The translations under genes and the position numbers were made by a program. A DNA stretch of 64,000 nt from Gemmatimonadales bacterium. Its GTDB lineage: Bacteria; Gemmatimonadota; Gemmatimonadetes; Gemmatimonadales; GWC2-71-9. The notes under the pieces are model-generated. The model saw only the letters and a program-made list of their open reading frames with translations, had not been told where the DNA came from and did no database searches. Location of the stretch: positions 1-64,000 of the forward strand of contig JBFGJG010000006.1 in assembly GCA_041577295.1 (NCBI GenBank), in the 5' to 3' direction. Position 1 is the first letter of the stretch, and each line of letters begins with the position of its first letter. Below are positions 48,848-59,421 of this stretch, piece after piece.

Positions 48848-50704
48848 ATGCGCCGGCCCCCGCAGGTCATAATCGCCATTCTCGCCCTCGTCGCCGCCGC
48901 CTTTCACCTCTATGCGGCGGGTGTCAGTCCGTTTACGGCGTTGGTCCAACGACCCACGCATCTAGCCCTGATGGCTGTCATGGGGTTCATGGGACTCGGC
49001 GCTCTTCGCTCGACCGCGGTGGATGCATCGCAGACAAGACGACTCATCGCGATCAAAAGGGTCCTGGCAACCATCCTGATCATCGCAACGCTGGTCAGTT
49101 GTGGCTATCTCGTTGCACAACATCAAGAGCTGGTGCGTCGAGCTGGCGCTGCAACCGCCACCGACCTCTTCGCTGGCACCTTAGCGCTAATAGTTGTGTT
49201 GGTGCTTGCGTGGCGTACGACGGGGTGGGGGCTAGTGCTGGTCGCGATGCTATCCCTCGTGTACGCCGTGACGGGCCCGTTTCTGCCCGGACTGCTCGCG
49301 CACCGCGGCTACGCTATTCGACGCCTCGTCGAGCATCTGTATCTCACGACAGAGGGGATCTGGGGAGTACCCCTCGGCGTCTCTGCCGACTTCGTTTACC
49401 TGTTCGTGTTGTTCGGAGCGGTGCTGGACGCGGCGGGCGGAGGACAGCTCCTGATCGGTATCGCAAGCAAGATCGCCGGGCGAACGCACGGGGGACCTGC
49501 AAAGACTGCGGCTGTGGCAAGCGCACTGATGGGTTCGCTATCGGGCAGCGCTGTTGCCAACGTTGTGACGACGGGAAGCCTGACGATCCCCGTCATGAAA
49601 CGGGTCGGATTCCGTCCGCAGTACGCCGCAGCCATCGAGGCGGCGGCAAGTACGGGTGGCCAGTTGATGCCACCCATCATGGGTGCAGGCGCCTTCATTC
49701 TGGCAACGTGGACGAACATTCCTTATATCCGCGTCGCCACGGCAGCCGCCATCCCGGCAATACTCTACTACGCTGCGCTCTTCATGGCCATCCACTTCCG
49801 AGCCGCCCGTGTTGGGCTCGCACCCGTAGAAGATCGCTCCACCACAACGCTGTGGACCCGACTCCATCTGCTCGGGCCGCTCGTCGTGATCGTGATACTG
49901 CTGGCATTGGGACGCTCTCCGATGCGAGCGGCGTTTTGGGGGGTGGTAACGGCGGCGTTGGCCACGGTGTTGACGCGTGCGACGCGCCTCGATCTGGAGC
50001 GCGCGCAAGGGGTCGTGATCGCTGCCGCGAGCGGCACGGTACAGGTGGCTGCCGCCTGCGCCGCCGCTGGAATCGTGGTGGGTGTGGCCTCGCTCACCGG
50101 CATTGGGCTGCGCATGTCGCAGGTCATCCTTACGCTCTCCGGCGGGTATCTGCCGGCAGCACTCGTCCTGACTGCCGTAGGCGCAATCATCCTTGGAATG
50201 GGCCTGCCCACCACAGCGGCCTACATCGTGCTGGCAGCGTTGGGGGCACCTGCGCTCACGGAGTTAGGGGTCCCGACTTTGGCGGCCCATCTTTTCATCT
50301 TCTATTTCGGTTGCCTTTCGAACGTCACGCCCCCAGTGGCGCTAGCAGCGTACGCGGCCGCCGGCATCGCGGGCTCTGCACCGATGCGGACGGCCGCCAC
50401 GGCAATGGGGCTCGCATCGGCAGGGTTCTTCGTTCCGTTCATGTTCGTATACGGACCGCCGCTGTTGCTGGAAGGGTCGATTGCGAGCATCCTCATTGCG
50501 ACCGCCAGCGGGTTGATCGGGGTCACGATACTGGCGGCAGCTGTCATCGGTTTTGCACGTCACCCGCTGGCTTTGTGGGAGCGGTTGCTACTTGTGGGCG
50601 CGGCCGCTGTATTGATCTTTCCAGGTGTGCTTACCGATGCCATCGGACTCGTCGTGGCGACTGCCATCCTCGTTCGACGAGAGCTGGTCGCCCAAAGGAC
50701 GTGA
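48848..50704 (+). CDS. TRAP transporter fused permease (4TM/12TM)
   Basis: GGPAK, SGSAVANV..TG, EAAASTGGQLMPPIMGAGAF, LGMGLPTTAAY, VTPPVALAAY. Confidence 0.93.
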   Translation: MRRPPQVIIAILALVAAAFHLYAAGVSPFTALVQRPTHLALMAVMGFMGLGALRSTAVDASQTRRLIAIKRVLATILIIATLVSCGYLVAQHQELVRRAGAATATDLFAGTLALIVVLVLAWRTTGWGLVLVAMLSLVYAVTGPFLPGLLAHRGYAIRRLVEHLYLTTEGIWGVPLGVSADFVYLFVLFGAVLDAAGGGQLLIGIASKIAGRTHGGPAKTAAVASALMGSLSGSAVANVVTTGSLTIPVMKRVGFRPQYAAAIEAAASTGGQLMPPIMGAGAFILATWTNIPYIRVATAAAIPAILYYAALFMAIHFRAARVGLAPVEDRSTTTLWTRLHLLGPLVVIVILLALGRSPMRAAFWGVVTAALATVLTRATRLDLERAQGVVIAAASGTVQVAAACAAAGIVVGVASLTGIGLRMSQVILTLSGGYLPAALVLTAVGAIILGMGLPTTAAYIVLAALGAPALTELGVPTLAAHLFIFYFGCLSNVTPPVALAAYAAAGIAGSAPMRTAATAMGLASAGFFVPFMFVYGPPLLLEGSIASILIATASGLIGVTILAAAVIGFARHPLALWERLLLVGAAAVLIFPGVLTDAIGLVVATAILVRRELVAQRT

Positions 50705-50713
50705 TAATAGGAA

Positions 50714-51679
50714 ATGCAATTTGCGAAGCTGTTACTGACAATCGTGCCGGGTCTGTTGCTCGCATGCCAAGCGGGCGACAGGACTGGACGCCGGTTTCTC
50801 AGCGTTGGGACGGCTGGAACCGGTGGTATCTACTACCCTCTCGGCGGCGCGATTGCGAGCCGACTGTCCGCGGCGGACAGCAACCGTCGTTACACGGCGG
50901 AGGTTACAGGCGGGTCCGTCGAGAACCTAAACCGGATTGCCCGCGGTGAGATGGACTTGGGCTTTTCGATCGGCACGTCGATTTATGAGGCCTATAACGG
51001 TGGGGACGATTTTCCGGCAGCGCAGACACGACTTCGTATCGTTGCCCCACTCTACCCCAACGTCACACACGTTCTCATCGCCGGCCGGACGCGCCTCCGG
51101 TCATTGGAGGATCTCCGTGGGCGCCGCGTCTCGGTCGGCGCACCCGGTAGTGGTACCGAACAGGTCGCTCGCCAGCTGTTGGAAGTTCACAACCTGGCGT
51201 ACGCCGACGTCGAAGCTCGATACCTCTCGTTTCGGGAATCGTCGGATGCCCTGCGAGATGGCGCGATCGATGCCGCCATTCTCTCAGTCGGATACCCCGC
51301 CTCCGCCGTCCTCGAAGCCACGACCGGTGGAAACGTGCGCCTTCTGGGAATGGACACAGTGCGCATTCGCGCGCTTGCGGAGTTATACCCGTACTACCAA
51401 GCAGCCACGATTCCCGCCGGTGCCTATCCCGGAGTTGATCGGGACCTGCGCACCGTTTCGGTCATGAACTGGGTCGTCAGCAGGGTAGATCTTCCCGACG
51501 ACGTCGTCGTGCTCGCACTCGAGATCCTGCGAGATCAGCGGCAAGCGCTCGCCCGGGTGCACGCGATCGCCGAGCAGATCGACCTCGCGACGCTGGACCG
51601 CGCGCCCATTCCGTTACATCCAGCGGCCGTGCGTTGGTGGGATGAGGAGAAAAGACGCCGGACTGAGGCCAACCAGTAG
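50714..51679 (+). CDS. TAXI family TRAP solute-binding lipoprotein
   Basis: Lipobox LLAC, GTAGTGGIYY, TGGSVEN, GAPGSGT, PLHP.A. Confidence 0.93.
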   Translation: MQFAKLLLTIVPGLLLACQAGDRTGRRFLSVGTAGTGGIYYPLGGAIASRLSAADSNRRYTAEVTGGSVENLNRIARGEMDLGFSIGTSIYEAYNGGDDFPAAQTRLRIVAPLYPNVTHVLIAGRTRLRSLEDLRGRRVSVGAPGSGTEQVARQLLEVHNLAYADVEARYLSFRESSDALRDGAIDAAILSVGYPASAVLEATTGGNVRLLGMDTVRIRALAELYPYYQAATIPAGAYPGVDRDLRTVSVMNWVVSRVDLPDDVVVLALEILRDQRQALARVHAIAEQIDLATLDRAPIPLHPAAVRWWDEEKRRRTEANQ

Positions 51680-51680
51680 G

Positions 51681-52874
51681 TTAGGCGGGGATCGGGGTTC
51701 CTCGGATCAGAGCGATCCGCTCGATTGCCTCCCCGATCTTGTTGTTGGGCGTCGAGGCTCCAGCGGTAATACCGATCGTGCTCACCCCAGCGAGCCAGTC
51801 TTCGTTGCGCTTCTCGGACTCACGATCGATCGGCTTGAAGCTGATATGACCGGAGTCGGTATCGATGCAAGAAGCGTCCGCGATGTGGTAGGTCGTGACC
51901 TTTGCAGCGCAGATCTTAGCCAGATGATTGGTATTGCTCGAATTGTAGCCGCCGATCACGATCATGGCGTCCAACGGCTCCTCGATGAGCTCGAGCACCG
52001 CATCCTGTCGCTCCTGCGTCGCTGAACAAATCGTGTCGAACGTGCGGAAGTGTTCCTCCAAATGTTCGGCACCGAAGCGCGTGGCCAGCGCCTCTCCGAT
52101 CTGCCGGCCGATGGCCAGTGACTCGTTGGCGAGCATGGTGGTTTGGTTTGCGACCCCGATCCGCGTCAGATCCTGACCAAAATCGAAGCGCTCTGAAACC
52201 TTGTGACCGAATGTCCGTTCTACGTCTTCGCGATTAGCACCGCTCGCCACGAAGCTGCATAGCAATTTGGCCTCCGCCATATCCCGAACGATGAGGTACT
52301 TACCGCCCGGATACTTTGCCACCTGGCTCACGGTTGCCTTGGTCTCCTCGTGGTAGTGCTTCCCGTGCACCACGGCGGTGAAGCCCTCCTTCGCGTACCG
52401 CTCCACTCGCTTCCAGACATTGAGGACCGACCCACACGTCGTGTCGACGAGGAGGCAACCATTATCACGCAGCAGGTCGAAGTCGCTCTTGCGGACGCCG
52501 AACGCTGGAAGCACCACGACATCGTCCGCGGTGACGCCCGCGAAGTCGAAGTTGCCATCCTCTCGTGGTCTCAGAATGACGATGCCCTGCGTTTCGAGCT
52601 TGGCATTGACGTGCGGATTGTGGATGATCTCTCCCACGAGGAATATGCGTCGGCCAGGAAATTTGGTACGTGTCTGGTACGCATACTCCACCGCTCGATC
52701 AACGCCGTAGCAGAAGCCAAACTCCTTGGCCAGCCGAAAGGTGAGATCTTCGAGATGTAGCGTGCCCTCTTGGGCACGAATTCGCTCGACGAGCTTACTG
52801 TGGTAGTCGGCGGTAAGCTCACCGGCCACCTCGCCTCCGAGGCCGAATCCCTTACGAAAGTAGGTCTGTTCCAT
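51681..52874 (-). CDS. ispH: 4-hydroxy-3-methylbut-2-enyl diphosphate reductase
   Basis: FGFCYGV.RA, IIHNP, DTTC, H.ET, NQTT, TICSATQERQ, SSNT, TAGASTP. Confidence 0.95.
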   Translation of the reverse strand: MEQTYFRKGFGLGGEVAGELTADYHSKLVERIRAQEGTLHLEDLTFRLAKEFGFCYGVDRAVEYAYQTRTKFPGRRIFLVGEIIHNPHVNAKLETQGIVILRPREDGNFDFAGVTADDVVVLPAFGVRKSDFDLLRDNGCLLVDTTCGSVLNVWKRVERYAKEGFTAVVHGKHYHEETKATVSQVAKYPGGKYLIVRDMAEAKLLCSFVASGANREDVERTFGHKVSERFDFGQDLTRIGVANQTTMLANESLAIGRQIGEALATRFGAEHLEEHFRTFDTICSATQERQDAVLELIEEPLDAMIVIGGYNSSNTNHLAKICAAKVTTYHIADASCIDTDSGHISFKPIDRESEKRNEDWLAGVSTIGITAGASTPNNKIGEAIERIALIRGTPIPA

Positions 52875-52940
52875 TGCTCAACAATCTAATCGCACGACAG
52901 AGCGCGGGCATTTGGCGTTGCGGCTTGATGAGCACTCTGA

Positions 52941-53609
52941 CTAGGGCCGGCTGGGCGTTCTCGAGGGGGTAGAGTCCCGCGGCACGGGCCGCCCCTCCAG
53001 AATCGCCTGACAGTCCTCGACGCTCCCAGAGCCGACAGGCACCCGGTGGAATACGCCCACGTACCGGAGGCTATCGAGCGAATCGACTTCCTTGAGGGTG
53101 ACGGCGAACTGACCGGTGGTCTCTACGTCGAGCCTCTCGAGCGTGGCGGTGCCATTGGCGGCGCGAAACGCTCGGATGCCGCCATCCGGTGTCAATTGGA
53201 CTCCGAGTTGCACTGAAGGCGGTCGACCGAAGCCGCTATCCACCGAGACAACACGGTAGCTGGCGGCCACTGCTGCTAACGAGTCGAGTTGATAAAGGAG
53301 GATCGTACCCACGTGCTCATCACCTGCCACGACCTGGAGAGCGGGTGGATTCTCGCATCGGGTGGCGCGGGCACGCCAAACACCACTGACGGTGTCGACG
53401 CCACCGGCACTGCGACCGCTCAAGCGTCCAGTGCGCGATGGCGGGGGCTCGGGCATCGGGGGGAGGGGCTTAGCCTGAGGCAGAGGAAGCTCGCTCTCCC
53501 TCGCCTCGGCTTCCTCCTGGGCGGTTACGTCCGGATCTGGTGGTTCCTCCGATCTGTTGCAGCCCAGCACCAACATCGCGATCACGAGAGCAGCCAGCCG
53601 GCTAGTCAT
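52941..53609 (-). CDS. hypothetical lipoprotein
   Basis: MTSRLAALVIAMLVLGC lipobox, Pro-rich linker. Confidence 0.65.
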   Translation of the reverse strand: MTSRLAALVIAMLVLGCNRSEEPPDPDVTAQEEAEARESELPLPQAKPLPPMPEPPPSRTGRLSGRSAGGVDTVSGVWRARATRCENPPALQVVAGDEHVGTILLYQLDSLAAVAASYRVVSVDSGFGRPPSVQLGVQLTPDGGIRAFRAANGTATLERLDVETTGQFAVTLKEVDSLDSLRYVGVFHRVPVGSGSVEDCQAILEGRPVPRDSTPSRTPSRP

Positions 53610-54075
53610 CCACCGAACCCGTGTCGATGCCAAGCGCTCTGCGAGCGGTCGCCTGTGACAGCGTGAACGGCTCCAGTTGCTCACGGAGATCACCGGGCAA
53701 AGGCTTGGGACGCAGGGTGTCGCGTCCCGTGCATACCAGGACTTCGTTTGCGGTGGCAGCGAGCCGTTGTGCGCCGAGGTGGAGTACGTCAAAGTTGATG
53801 CGTATCGAGCTCGACCCAAACTGGGTGAAATACGCAGCCACACGTAACTGATCGTCTAACCGTGCCGGGTGGACAAAGTCACAGTCGAAATGCACCCGCG
53901 GAAGCCAGATATTGAACCGATCGAAGACTTCGCTATACGGAAGACCGGCTGCGCGGAACAGCTCTGTCTCTGCAATCTCAAAGAAACGGACGTACGCGCC
54001 ATAAAAGATGATTCCCGCGAAATCGACATCGGACCAGCGGACGTACTCGTCGATGACAAAGGGTCGCCGTGACAT
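53602..54075 (-). CDS. acyl-CoA thioesterase (4HBT/YbgC family)
   Basis: VRWSDVDFAGIIF..Y..FFE.AE, PARLDD. Confidence 0.88.
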   Translation of the reverse strand: MSRRPFVIDEYVRWSDVDFAGIIFYGAYVRFFEIAETELFRAAGLPYSEVFDRFNIWLPRVHFDCDFVHPARLDDQLRVAAYFTQFGSSSIRINFDVLHLGAQRLAATANEVLVCTGRDTLRPKPLPGDLREQLEPFTLSQATARRALGIDTGSVDD

Positions 54076-54147
54076 CCGCGGGAAGCTAGGTGGAGCACAC
54101 TGCGGGCGCCACTGGTCGTCCGCCCCTTCTCTCGAGGACACACGCTT

Positions 54148-55512
54148 ATGGTAGATAGCTGGCAATCCGAGCCCTGGGAGCACCTCCACAGGCTGCTGGA
54201 AACCGATCCCGAGCAAGTGGTTTCGTTCCTCGACTCGCTCCCCCCCAGCGAGACCGCCCGAACCCTGTCTCGGTTACCGGAGCACGAGCAGGCCCGGCTG
54301 CTCGAGGTGATCGGCCCCACCCGGGCTGCGTCACTCCTCGAGCATCTGTCGGACGCCCAAGCGACGGAGATCATCGAAGAGCTTCCGTCCGAACACGCCG
54401 CCGCAATCGTCGAGGCACTGCCGAGTGCGGAGAAGGCCGATTTGTTGTCAGGCCTCGAGGTCGATGAGGCCGAGGCCATCCTGCAGCAACTCGAGCCTGA
54501 CGTTGCGAGTGACACCCGTCGCTTGCTGCAGTACCTCCCGGATACCGCGGGCGGCATCATGCTCACCGAATACCTCAGCTTCCCCGATACCCTGACAGTC
54601 GCCCATGTCGTAGCGGACCTGCGGGCGCACGGAGACCAGTACTCGGATTACGCCATTCAATACACGTACATCGTCGATGAGGCGGGTCATCTGGCCGGCG
54701 TGCTACGAGTCCGTGACCTGCTGCTGTCGCGTGGCCACGAGCGTATCCGCAACCTGATGGTTCCTAATCCGTTGCACGCTCGGGTCGATACTCCGCTCGA
54801 TGATCTCAAGCAGCTGTTTGACGAGCATGCATTCTTGGGCATGCCGGTGACCGACGAGTTCGACAAGCTCGTGGGAGTGGTTCGACGCGCAGCCGTTGAA
54901 GAGGCTCTCGGTGAGCGGGCCACTGCGACCTATCTCAAGTTGAGCGGTCTGTTTGGAGAGGAAGAGCTCCGAACCATGCCGATCCCGCAGCGCGCAGTAC
55001 GACGTCTCTCGTGGTTGTCTCTCAACATCGGCCTCAACATCGTCGCCGCGAGCGTCATCGCCTTCTACCAGGACACCTTGGCGGCCGTGATCGCCCTCGC
55101 CGTCTTTCTGCCAATCATTTCCGATATGAGTGGCTGCTCGGGCAATCAGGCAGTAGCCGTAAGCATTCGTGAGTTGGCGCTCGGTCTCGTGAAACCGTAC
55201 GAATTCATGCGGGTTCTGTTCAAGGAGGGTGGCGTGGGAATCATCAACGGAGCGGCGCTTGGGCTGTTGTTGGGAACGGTAGCGTTCCTCTGGCAGGGTA
55301 ACCCATTTTTCGGATTGGTGGTGGGAGCGGCCCTGTTCCTGAATACCGTGGTCTCAGTCTTGATGGGCGGACTGGTTCCGCTATTTCTGAAAGGGTTGCG
55401 CCTCGATCCCGCGGTCGCCTCGGGACCGATTCTCACGACAGTGACGGACATGTGCGGCTTCTTCCTGGTCCTCAGCCTCGCGAGCGCGATGCTTCCTCGC
55501 CTGGCGGGTTGA
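54148..55512 (+). CDS. mgtE: magnesium transporter MgtE
   Basis: N-domain, TAGGIM, CBS pair, GNQA, DPAVASGPILTTVTD. Confidence 0.95.
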   Translation: MVDSWQSEPWEHLHRLLETDPEQVVSFLDSLPPSETARTLSRLPEHEQARLLEVIGPTRAASLLEHLSDAQATEIIEELPSEHAAAIVEALPSAEKADLLSGLEVDEAEAILQQLEPDVASDTRRLLQYLPDTAGGIMLTEYLSFPDTLTVAHVVADLRAHGDQYSDYAIQYTYIVDEAGHLAGVLRVRDLLLSRGHERIRNLMVPNPLHARVDTPLDDLKQLFDEHAFLGMPVTDEFDKLVGVVRRAAVEEALGERATATYLKLSGLFGEEELRTMPIPQRAVRRLSWLSLNIGLNIVAASVIAFYQDTLAAVIALAVFLPIISDMSGCSGNQAVAVSIRELALGLVKPYEFMRVLFKEGGVGIINGAALGLLLGTVAFLWQGNPFFGLVVGAALFLNTVVSVLMGGLVPLFLKGLRLDPAVASGPILTTVTDMCGFFLVLSLASAMLPRLAG

Positions 55513-55552
55513 CGGGCAACCATGCATCGCTGGTCCTTGGTATTATCCGCAT

Positions 55553-55879
55553 ATGGCACTCGTTTTCGCACTTCTGCTCGTCGCCGTGGTCGCGGTCGTT
55601 TGGTACTTAATCGAGAAGCCGCAGCGCCGGGACTTTTGGAAGTTGGCTGCTCGACACCCAGACAACGCATACGACTGGTTCATCTCCCACGAGGGGTGGA
55701 TCGTGGTGGACCCAGAGACGGGACGGGCTCAGCCACCGCGTGGCCCCGAGTACACGGGCCCCTTCGTCTTGTGGGTTCCCAAACTCGGCGGGCGACGTGT
55801 GTTGGTCTACGGGAAGCAGAGCGAGGTTGAGCAATCGCAGGAGGCATTCATTCGGGTTTTCGGACCTTACGGTGAATGA
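55553..55879 (+). CDS. hypothetical single-TM protein
   Basis: N-terminal TM; coherent 108-aa ORF filling the gap. Confidence 0.6.
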   Translation: MALVFALLLVAVVAVVWYLIEKPQRRDFWKLAARHPDNAYDWFISHEGWIVVDPETGRAQPPRGPEYTGPFVLWVPKLGGRRVLVYGKQSEVEQSQEAFIRVFGPYGE

Positions 55880-55896
55880 CGACCGGGTGCCGCTCC

Positions 55897-58134
55897 TCAT
55901 CGCGGAACGCGAACGAAGATATCGAAGCGCGGCCGCGTTGTCGGTCTCACACCGAAGGACAGATCGAACCGAACCCACCCGTTGAGAGCGGAGGCGCCGA
56001 GTCCCATCCCAGCCAGCGGGCCGGTTGGCGAAGCGGTCAGCCCAGTCCCGTGATGCGTGTCGGCCACATCGGCGAAAAGCACGGGAACCACCCACTCACC
56101 TCGCGTCAGTTCGATCTCCGTTTGTATTGCCCACAGGACGCGACCGCGGCGCACCCCGTACGCGTGTCCCCGCACCGTCGCTGGCCCTCCGGCACGAAAC
56201 TGGAGTTGCGGAAGCGACTCCCCGACAACCGCACCGCCGCGAAGTCCCAATAATCCCTCTCTCCCGGCCACCGTGAAAGGAAGGGTGGCCGCCAACCAGA
56301 CCCGACCTCCGGCGTCGGTGCCCAAAAGGCCGTCTGCACCGACCTGAAGGGCCGACCTGCCAACCTCGACGACGTGCGACGCGTGGGCCACCACGTAATC
56401 GCCCTCCGCAATTTCCGGGTTTGATTGAAACGAACCACTTCCGAGCAAGAGATCGTTGATCGCCGACCCCGAAACGACCCCCATACTCCGCTGCCGCTCG
56501 AAGCCGATCTGGATATAGACGTCCTCGAAAGCACCCGCTCTCGCGAGCCCAGCGACACGCGCACCGAGGCCGAGATAGTAGTCCGCGTCGTCATGACCCA
56601 GGAGCAGACCACGCAGTGTATTTCCAAACGTCGTACCTGAAGTCCAAGGGTCCGTGTCCATCACATCTCGATACCCAGAAAGCGACCAACGTGCTGCCGG
56701 GGCGTTACGCTCCAATCGGATCCTGCCGGTCGGACGCTCATCACCGAACCCAAAACGACCGGCGATGTTCACTGTTGTGAATCGCCACGCGTGGAGACCG
56801 TATTCGTACCCCAAGGACGGACCCTGCACTCGATTGAAACGAAAGACCTTCGTGGCGCGATATAGATCCATGAGCGGTGGGGGCCGGTGCCACGAGCGCT
56901 GGGGGAGACCTTCAGAGAGTGCCGCTAGCACGCCAAGGCGCTCGTTGAGGAATTCCCGCGGATCTTCTGGAACGGGCCTGTCTGTCGCACCGAAGTCGAA
57001 CGCAAGAAGCGAATCGACCGGTGGCACCACGAGCTCCCAACGGCCCCCGCTCTGCTCTTCCGACTTGGTGTATCCCCGCGCGCCACACTGTTCGCCAGTG
57101 TGGTCATCCCATTCGTGTGAGAACGGTTCACAATTCCAGCCAGCACCAGAGCGAGCCAGCGAATAGTCGGTCGTCTCAAGCACCAGGGGCGTCGCCACGT
57201 TCACCTCGTAGTCCGCAAACGTCGTGACCGCCGTTGCCGGCATGACCGCGCCACCTAGTTTTTGATATCTGAATGTCGCAGCGACCAGTTGACGCCTGGG
57301 AAGCCAAAATCGGCCGTGATGCAGCGCGTACTCGAGATCGACCTCAACGGTGACGAGCTCAGGTACATCCGGATCGGCATCCCACAGGTTTGCACCGGTA
57401 AACGTGCCGATGAGGCGCACGACATCGAGACTGTCCGCGTCCAGCCAAATGTCACCAAAGATCAACATGGGTCCATACAGTTTTGGCTCGATGCGAACAG
57501 CAACCGCACGGACTACTCGCCCGGGCAGTCGCAGCGTAACGGAGTCGCGCCCTCGATATCGGTAGAACCGGTCGGCTTCCGGAGAGAGCGGGTGGATCGC
57601 CGGTTCGTCGGGTATGCCAATCACGCGGATTTCATCCCTCAACGCTTGGGGCGCAAACCACGGCTCCGAGGTGAACACCTCAGTCCAGAAACCGGCGGCC
57701 TGCTTGGAGCCCCTTATGCCTGGGATACGTGGACCACGGACTCGGGCGCCGCGAACCGCGACTTGTAGATCGTTGGGACGTCGCCAACGCACGTCTGCGA
57801 TTGTTTCGTAGTCGATGAGCCGCAGCCCGTCGTCGAACCGTCCCCAGCCGATGCGTCCTTCGACTCGTGTACGCACCTTGGCCGTGTAGTCATGCAACGC
57901 CGAATCGTGTTGCAAATGCCGCCGTTGGGCGCGCCGAACGAGCAACTCCGTCGCACTATTGCCGAAGGTCGAGGTATCTAGGGGAGGGCTTCGCTGCGCG
58001 TGCGCGGTCGATACTCCAACGACCAGCTGCCAACTCAGACCGATCCCGATAAGGACTCTGCGCACTGAGCAGCCTTGGGCCAGGTGTCCGGCAGAACGGA
58101 GCCGGGTGGACTCGGTCGACGCTTGGTGCTCCAC
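55897..58134 (-). CDS. hypothetical outer-membrane protein (LolA-like N-part + beta-barrel)
   Basis: Signal peptide, FRFNRVQG motif, FRAGG.TVRG (BamA/TamA L6-like), amphipathic C-terminal strands. Confidence 0.6.
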   Translation of the reverse strand: MEHQASTESTRLRSAGHLAQGCSVRRVLIGIGLSWQLVVGVSTAHAQRSPPLDTSTFGNSATELLVRRAQRRHLQHDSALHDYTAKVRTRVEGRIGWGRFDDGLRLIDYETIADVRWRRPNDLQVAVRGARVRGPRIPGIRGSKQAAGFWTEVFTSEPWFAPQALRDEIRVIGIPDEPAIHPLSPEADRFYRYRGRDSVTLRLPGRVVRAVAVRIEPKLYGPMLIFGDIWLDADSLDVVRLIGTFTGANLWDADPDVPELVTVEVDLEYALHHGRFWLPRRQLVAATFRYQKLGGAVMPATAVTTFADYEVNVATPLVLETTDYSLARSGAGWNCEPFSHEWDDHTGEQCGARGYTKSEEQSGGRWELVVPPVDSLLAFDFGATDRPVPEDPREFLNERLGVLAALSEGLPQRSWHRPPPLMDLYRATKVFRFNRVQGPSLGYEYGLHAWRFTTVNIAGRFGFGDERPTGRIRLERNAPAARWSLSGYRDVMDTDPWTSGTTFGNTLRGLLLGHDDADYYLGLGARVAGLARAGAFEDVYIQIGFERQRSMGVVSGSAINDLLLGSGSFQSNPEIAEGDYVVAHASHVVEVGRSALQVGADGLLGTDAGGRVWLAATLPFTVAGREGLLGLRGGAVVGESLPQLQFRAGGPATVRGHAYGVRRGRVLWAIQTEIELTRGEWVVPVLFADVADTHHGTGLTASPTGPLAGMGLGASALNGWVRFDLSFGVRPTTRPRFDIFVRVPR

Positions 58135-58222
58135 GCAAAGCAGTACGACCGGTCTGGCCGACCAGTTTCGACTGCCCGCGGGCCGTGTTAGCTGAGTACG
58201 GCGGTGAGGTGACTAGGCCTTG

Positions 58223-58711
58223 CTAGGAAGACCAAGCACGCTGGCGTTCCCGCGTCAGTCCGTACGCTTTGAGACGGCGCCAGAGGGTTGTTCGCGAGAT
58301 GCCCAACCGCTTGGCGCTCTCGGTCAATTTCCAACCGGTTGACTCGAGCGTTTCCAGGATGGCCTGCCGCTCGCGCTCGGCCAACGTTCCGATGGACGGG
58401 TCCTGATCCGACAGGCAGGCAGCCTCTCCTAGCGTCGAATCTCCGACGCGAATCGGGGCAAGGCGCGCTCCCTGGCGAAGGAGGAATGCCCGCAAAGCGC
58501 CATCGTCATTTCGGACAGGAGCACCCAGTTGATCGATGAGCGATCGGCCAGACTGGTTTGCGTACACGAGGTTCCCACGTGAGTCAAAGACGACGACACC
58601 TTCGTTCACCGTATCCAGTACGGCACGGACCAGCGGTGTAAAAGCAGTAGGCAGCACCAAAGCAGCGTTTCCAGGTGGCGGTATATCCGAGGTTACGCCA
58701 GAGACGCCCAA
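58223..58711 (-). CDS. PAS + Fis-type HTH small regulator
   Basis: LDTVNEGVVVFD..G.LVYAN PAS; TLAERERQAI..LGISRTTLWRRLK HTH; no AAA+ domain. Confidence 0.75.
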   Translation of the reverse strand: MGVSGVTSDIPPPGNAALVLPTAFTPLVRAVLDTVNEGVVVFDSRGNLVYANQSGRSLIDQLGAPVRNDDGALRAFLLRQGARLAPIRVGDSTLGEAACLSDQDPSIGTLAERERQAILETLESTGWKLTESAKRLGISRTTLWRRLKAYGLTRERQRAWSS

Positions 58712-58837
58712 AAGTTTCGTCCCGAGATCTGCTCCTGTGTGGGCCCCGTGCTGACCGTACAGCCGGCCAGATTCGCCGTGGGTGGCCGTGGCAGTACGCT
58801 CGCCCTATATTGGCCGACCGGACAATCAGGGGAGCGT

Positions 58838-59416
58838 ATGGCTGGTAAGTCAGAAGCGTCGCGGGATGGAATCATATCGGCCGCTCTGGCCGTGGTCAGG
58901 GACAAGGGGGCTGTCGGCCTCACAATCGAGCAGGTGGCGCGTCACGCCGGGTGCGCGAAAGGGCTCGTTCACTACCACCTCAAGACCAAACAGGATTTGC
59001 TCGAGGCAGTCGCCAACCGGCTGCTCGACGAGCGGACCGCCGCCTGGTCGGGTGCGTTCCGTGCCCCCTCACCCAACGATGCGATCGCGGCGACGTGGGG
59101 GGTCCTGCGCCGAGAATCGGACAACGGTACCGTCCGTGCTTGGATCTCGCTCCTCGGATCGGGATCCTTGACTGACCAGACGGCCAAGTTAGTCGTGGGC
59201 CGATTCACCGGCTCGCTAGGAGAGGCGGCAATGGGTCTGCTCGAGCATCTCGGTCTTCGGCTGTCGATCGGACGAGCAGAGCTTGGGTGGCTCTTGGGTT
59301 CCGTAGTCGAAGGGATGGGCTTGGAGCTGCTGGCGGGCGGAGACCAGGCGGAAATGGAGGAGGCGTACGCTGCCGCCTGGCTTGGTGTCCTGTCACTGAC
59401 GAGGGAGGCGCGGTGA
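58838..59416 (+). CDS. TetR/AcrR family regulator
   Basis: IISAA..G...LTIEQVARHAGCAKGLVHYH..TKQDLL. Confidence 0.9.
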   Translation: MAGKSEASRDGIISAALAVVRDKGAVGLTIEQVARHAGCAKGLVHYHLKTKQDLLEAVANRLLDERTAAWSGAFRAPSPNDAIAATWGVLRRESDNGTVRAWISLLGSGSLTDQTAKLVVGRFTGSLGEAAMGLLEHLGLRLSIGRAELGWLLGSVVEGMGLELLAGGDQAEMEEAYAAAWLGVLSLTREAR

Positions 59417-59421
59417 CGTCC

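Noticed and set aside
48544..50949. 801-aa ORF overlapping the TRAP permease
   Set aside because: Arg-rich alternate-frame shadow typical of GC-rich DNA; the permease frame has the family motifs
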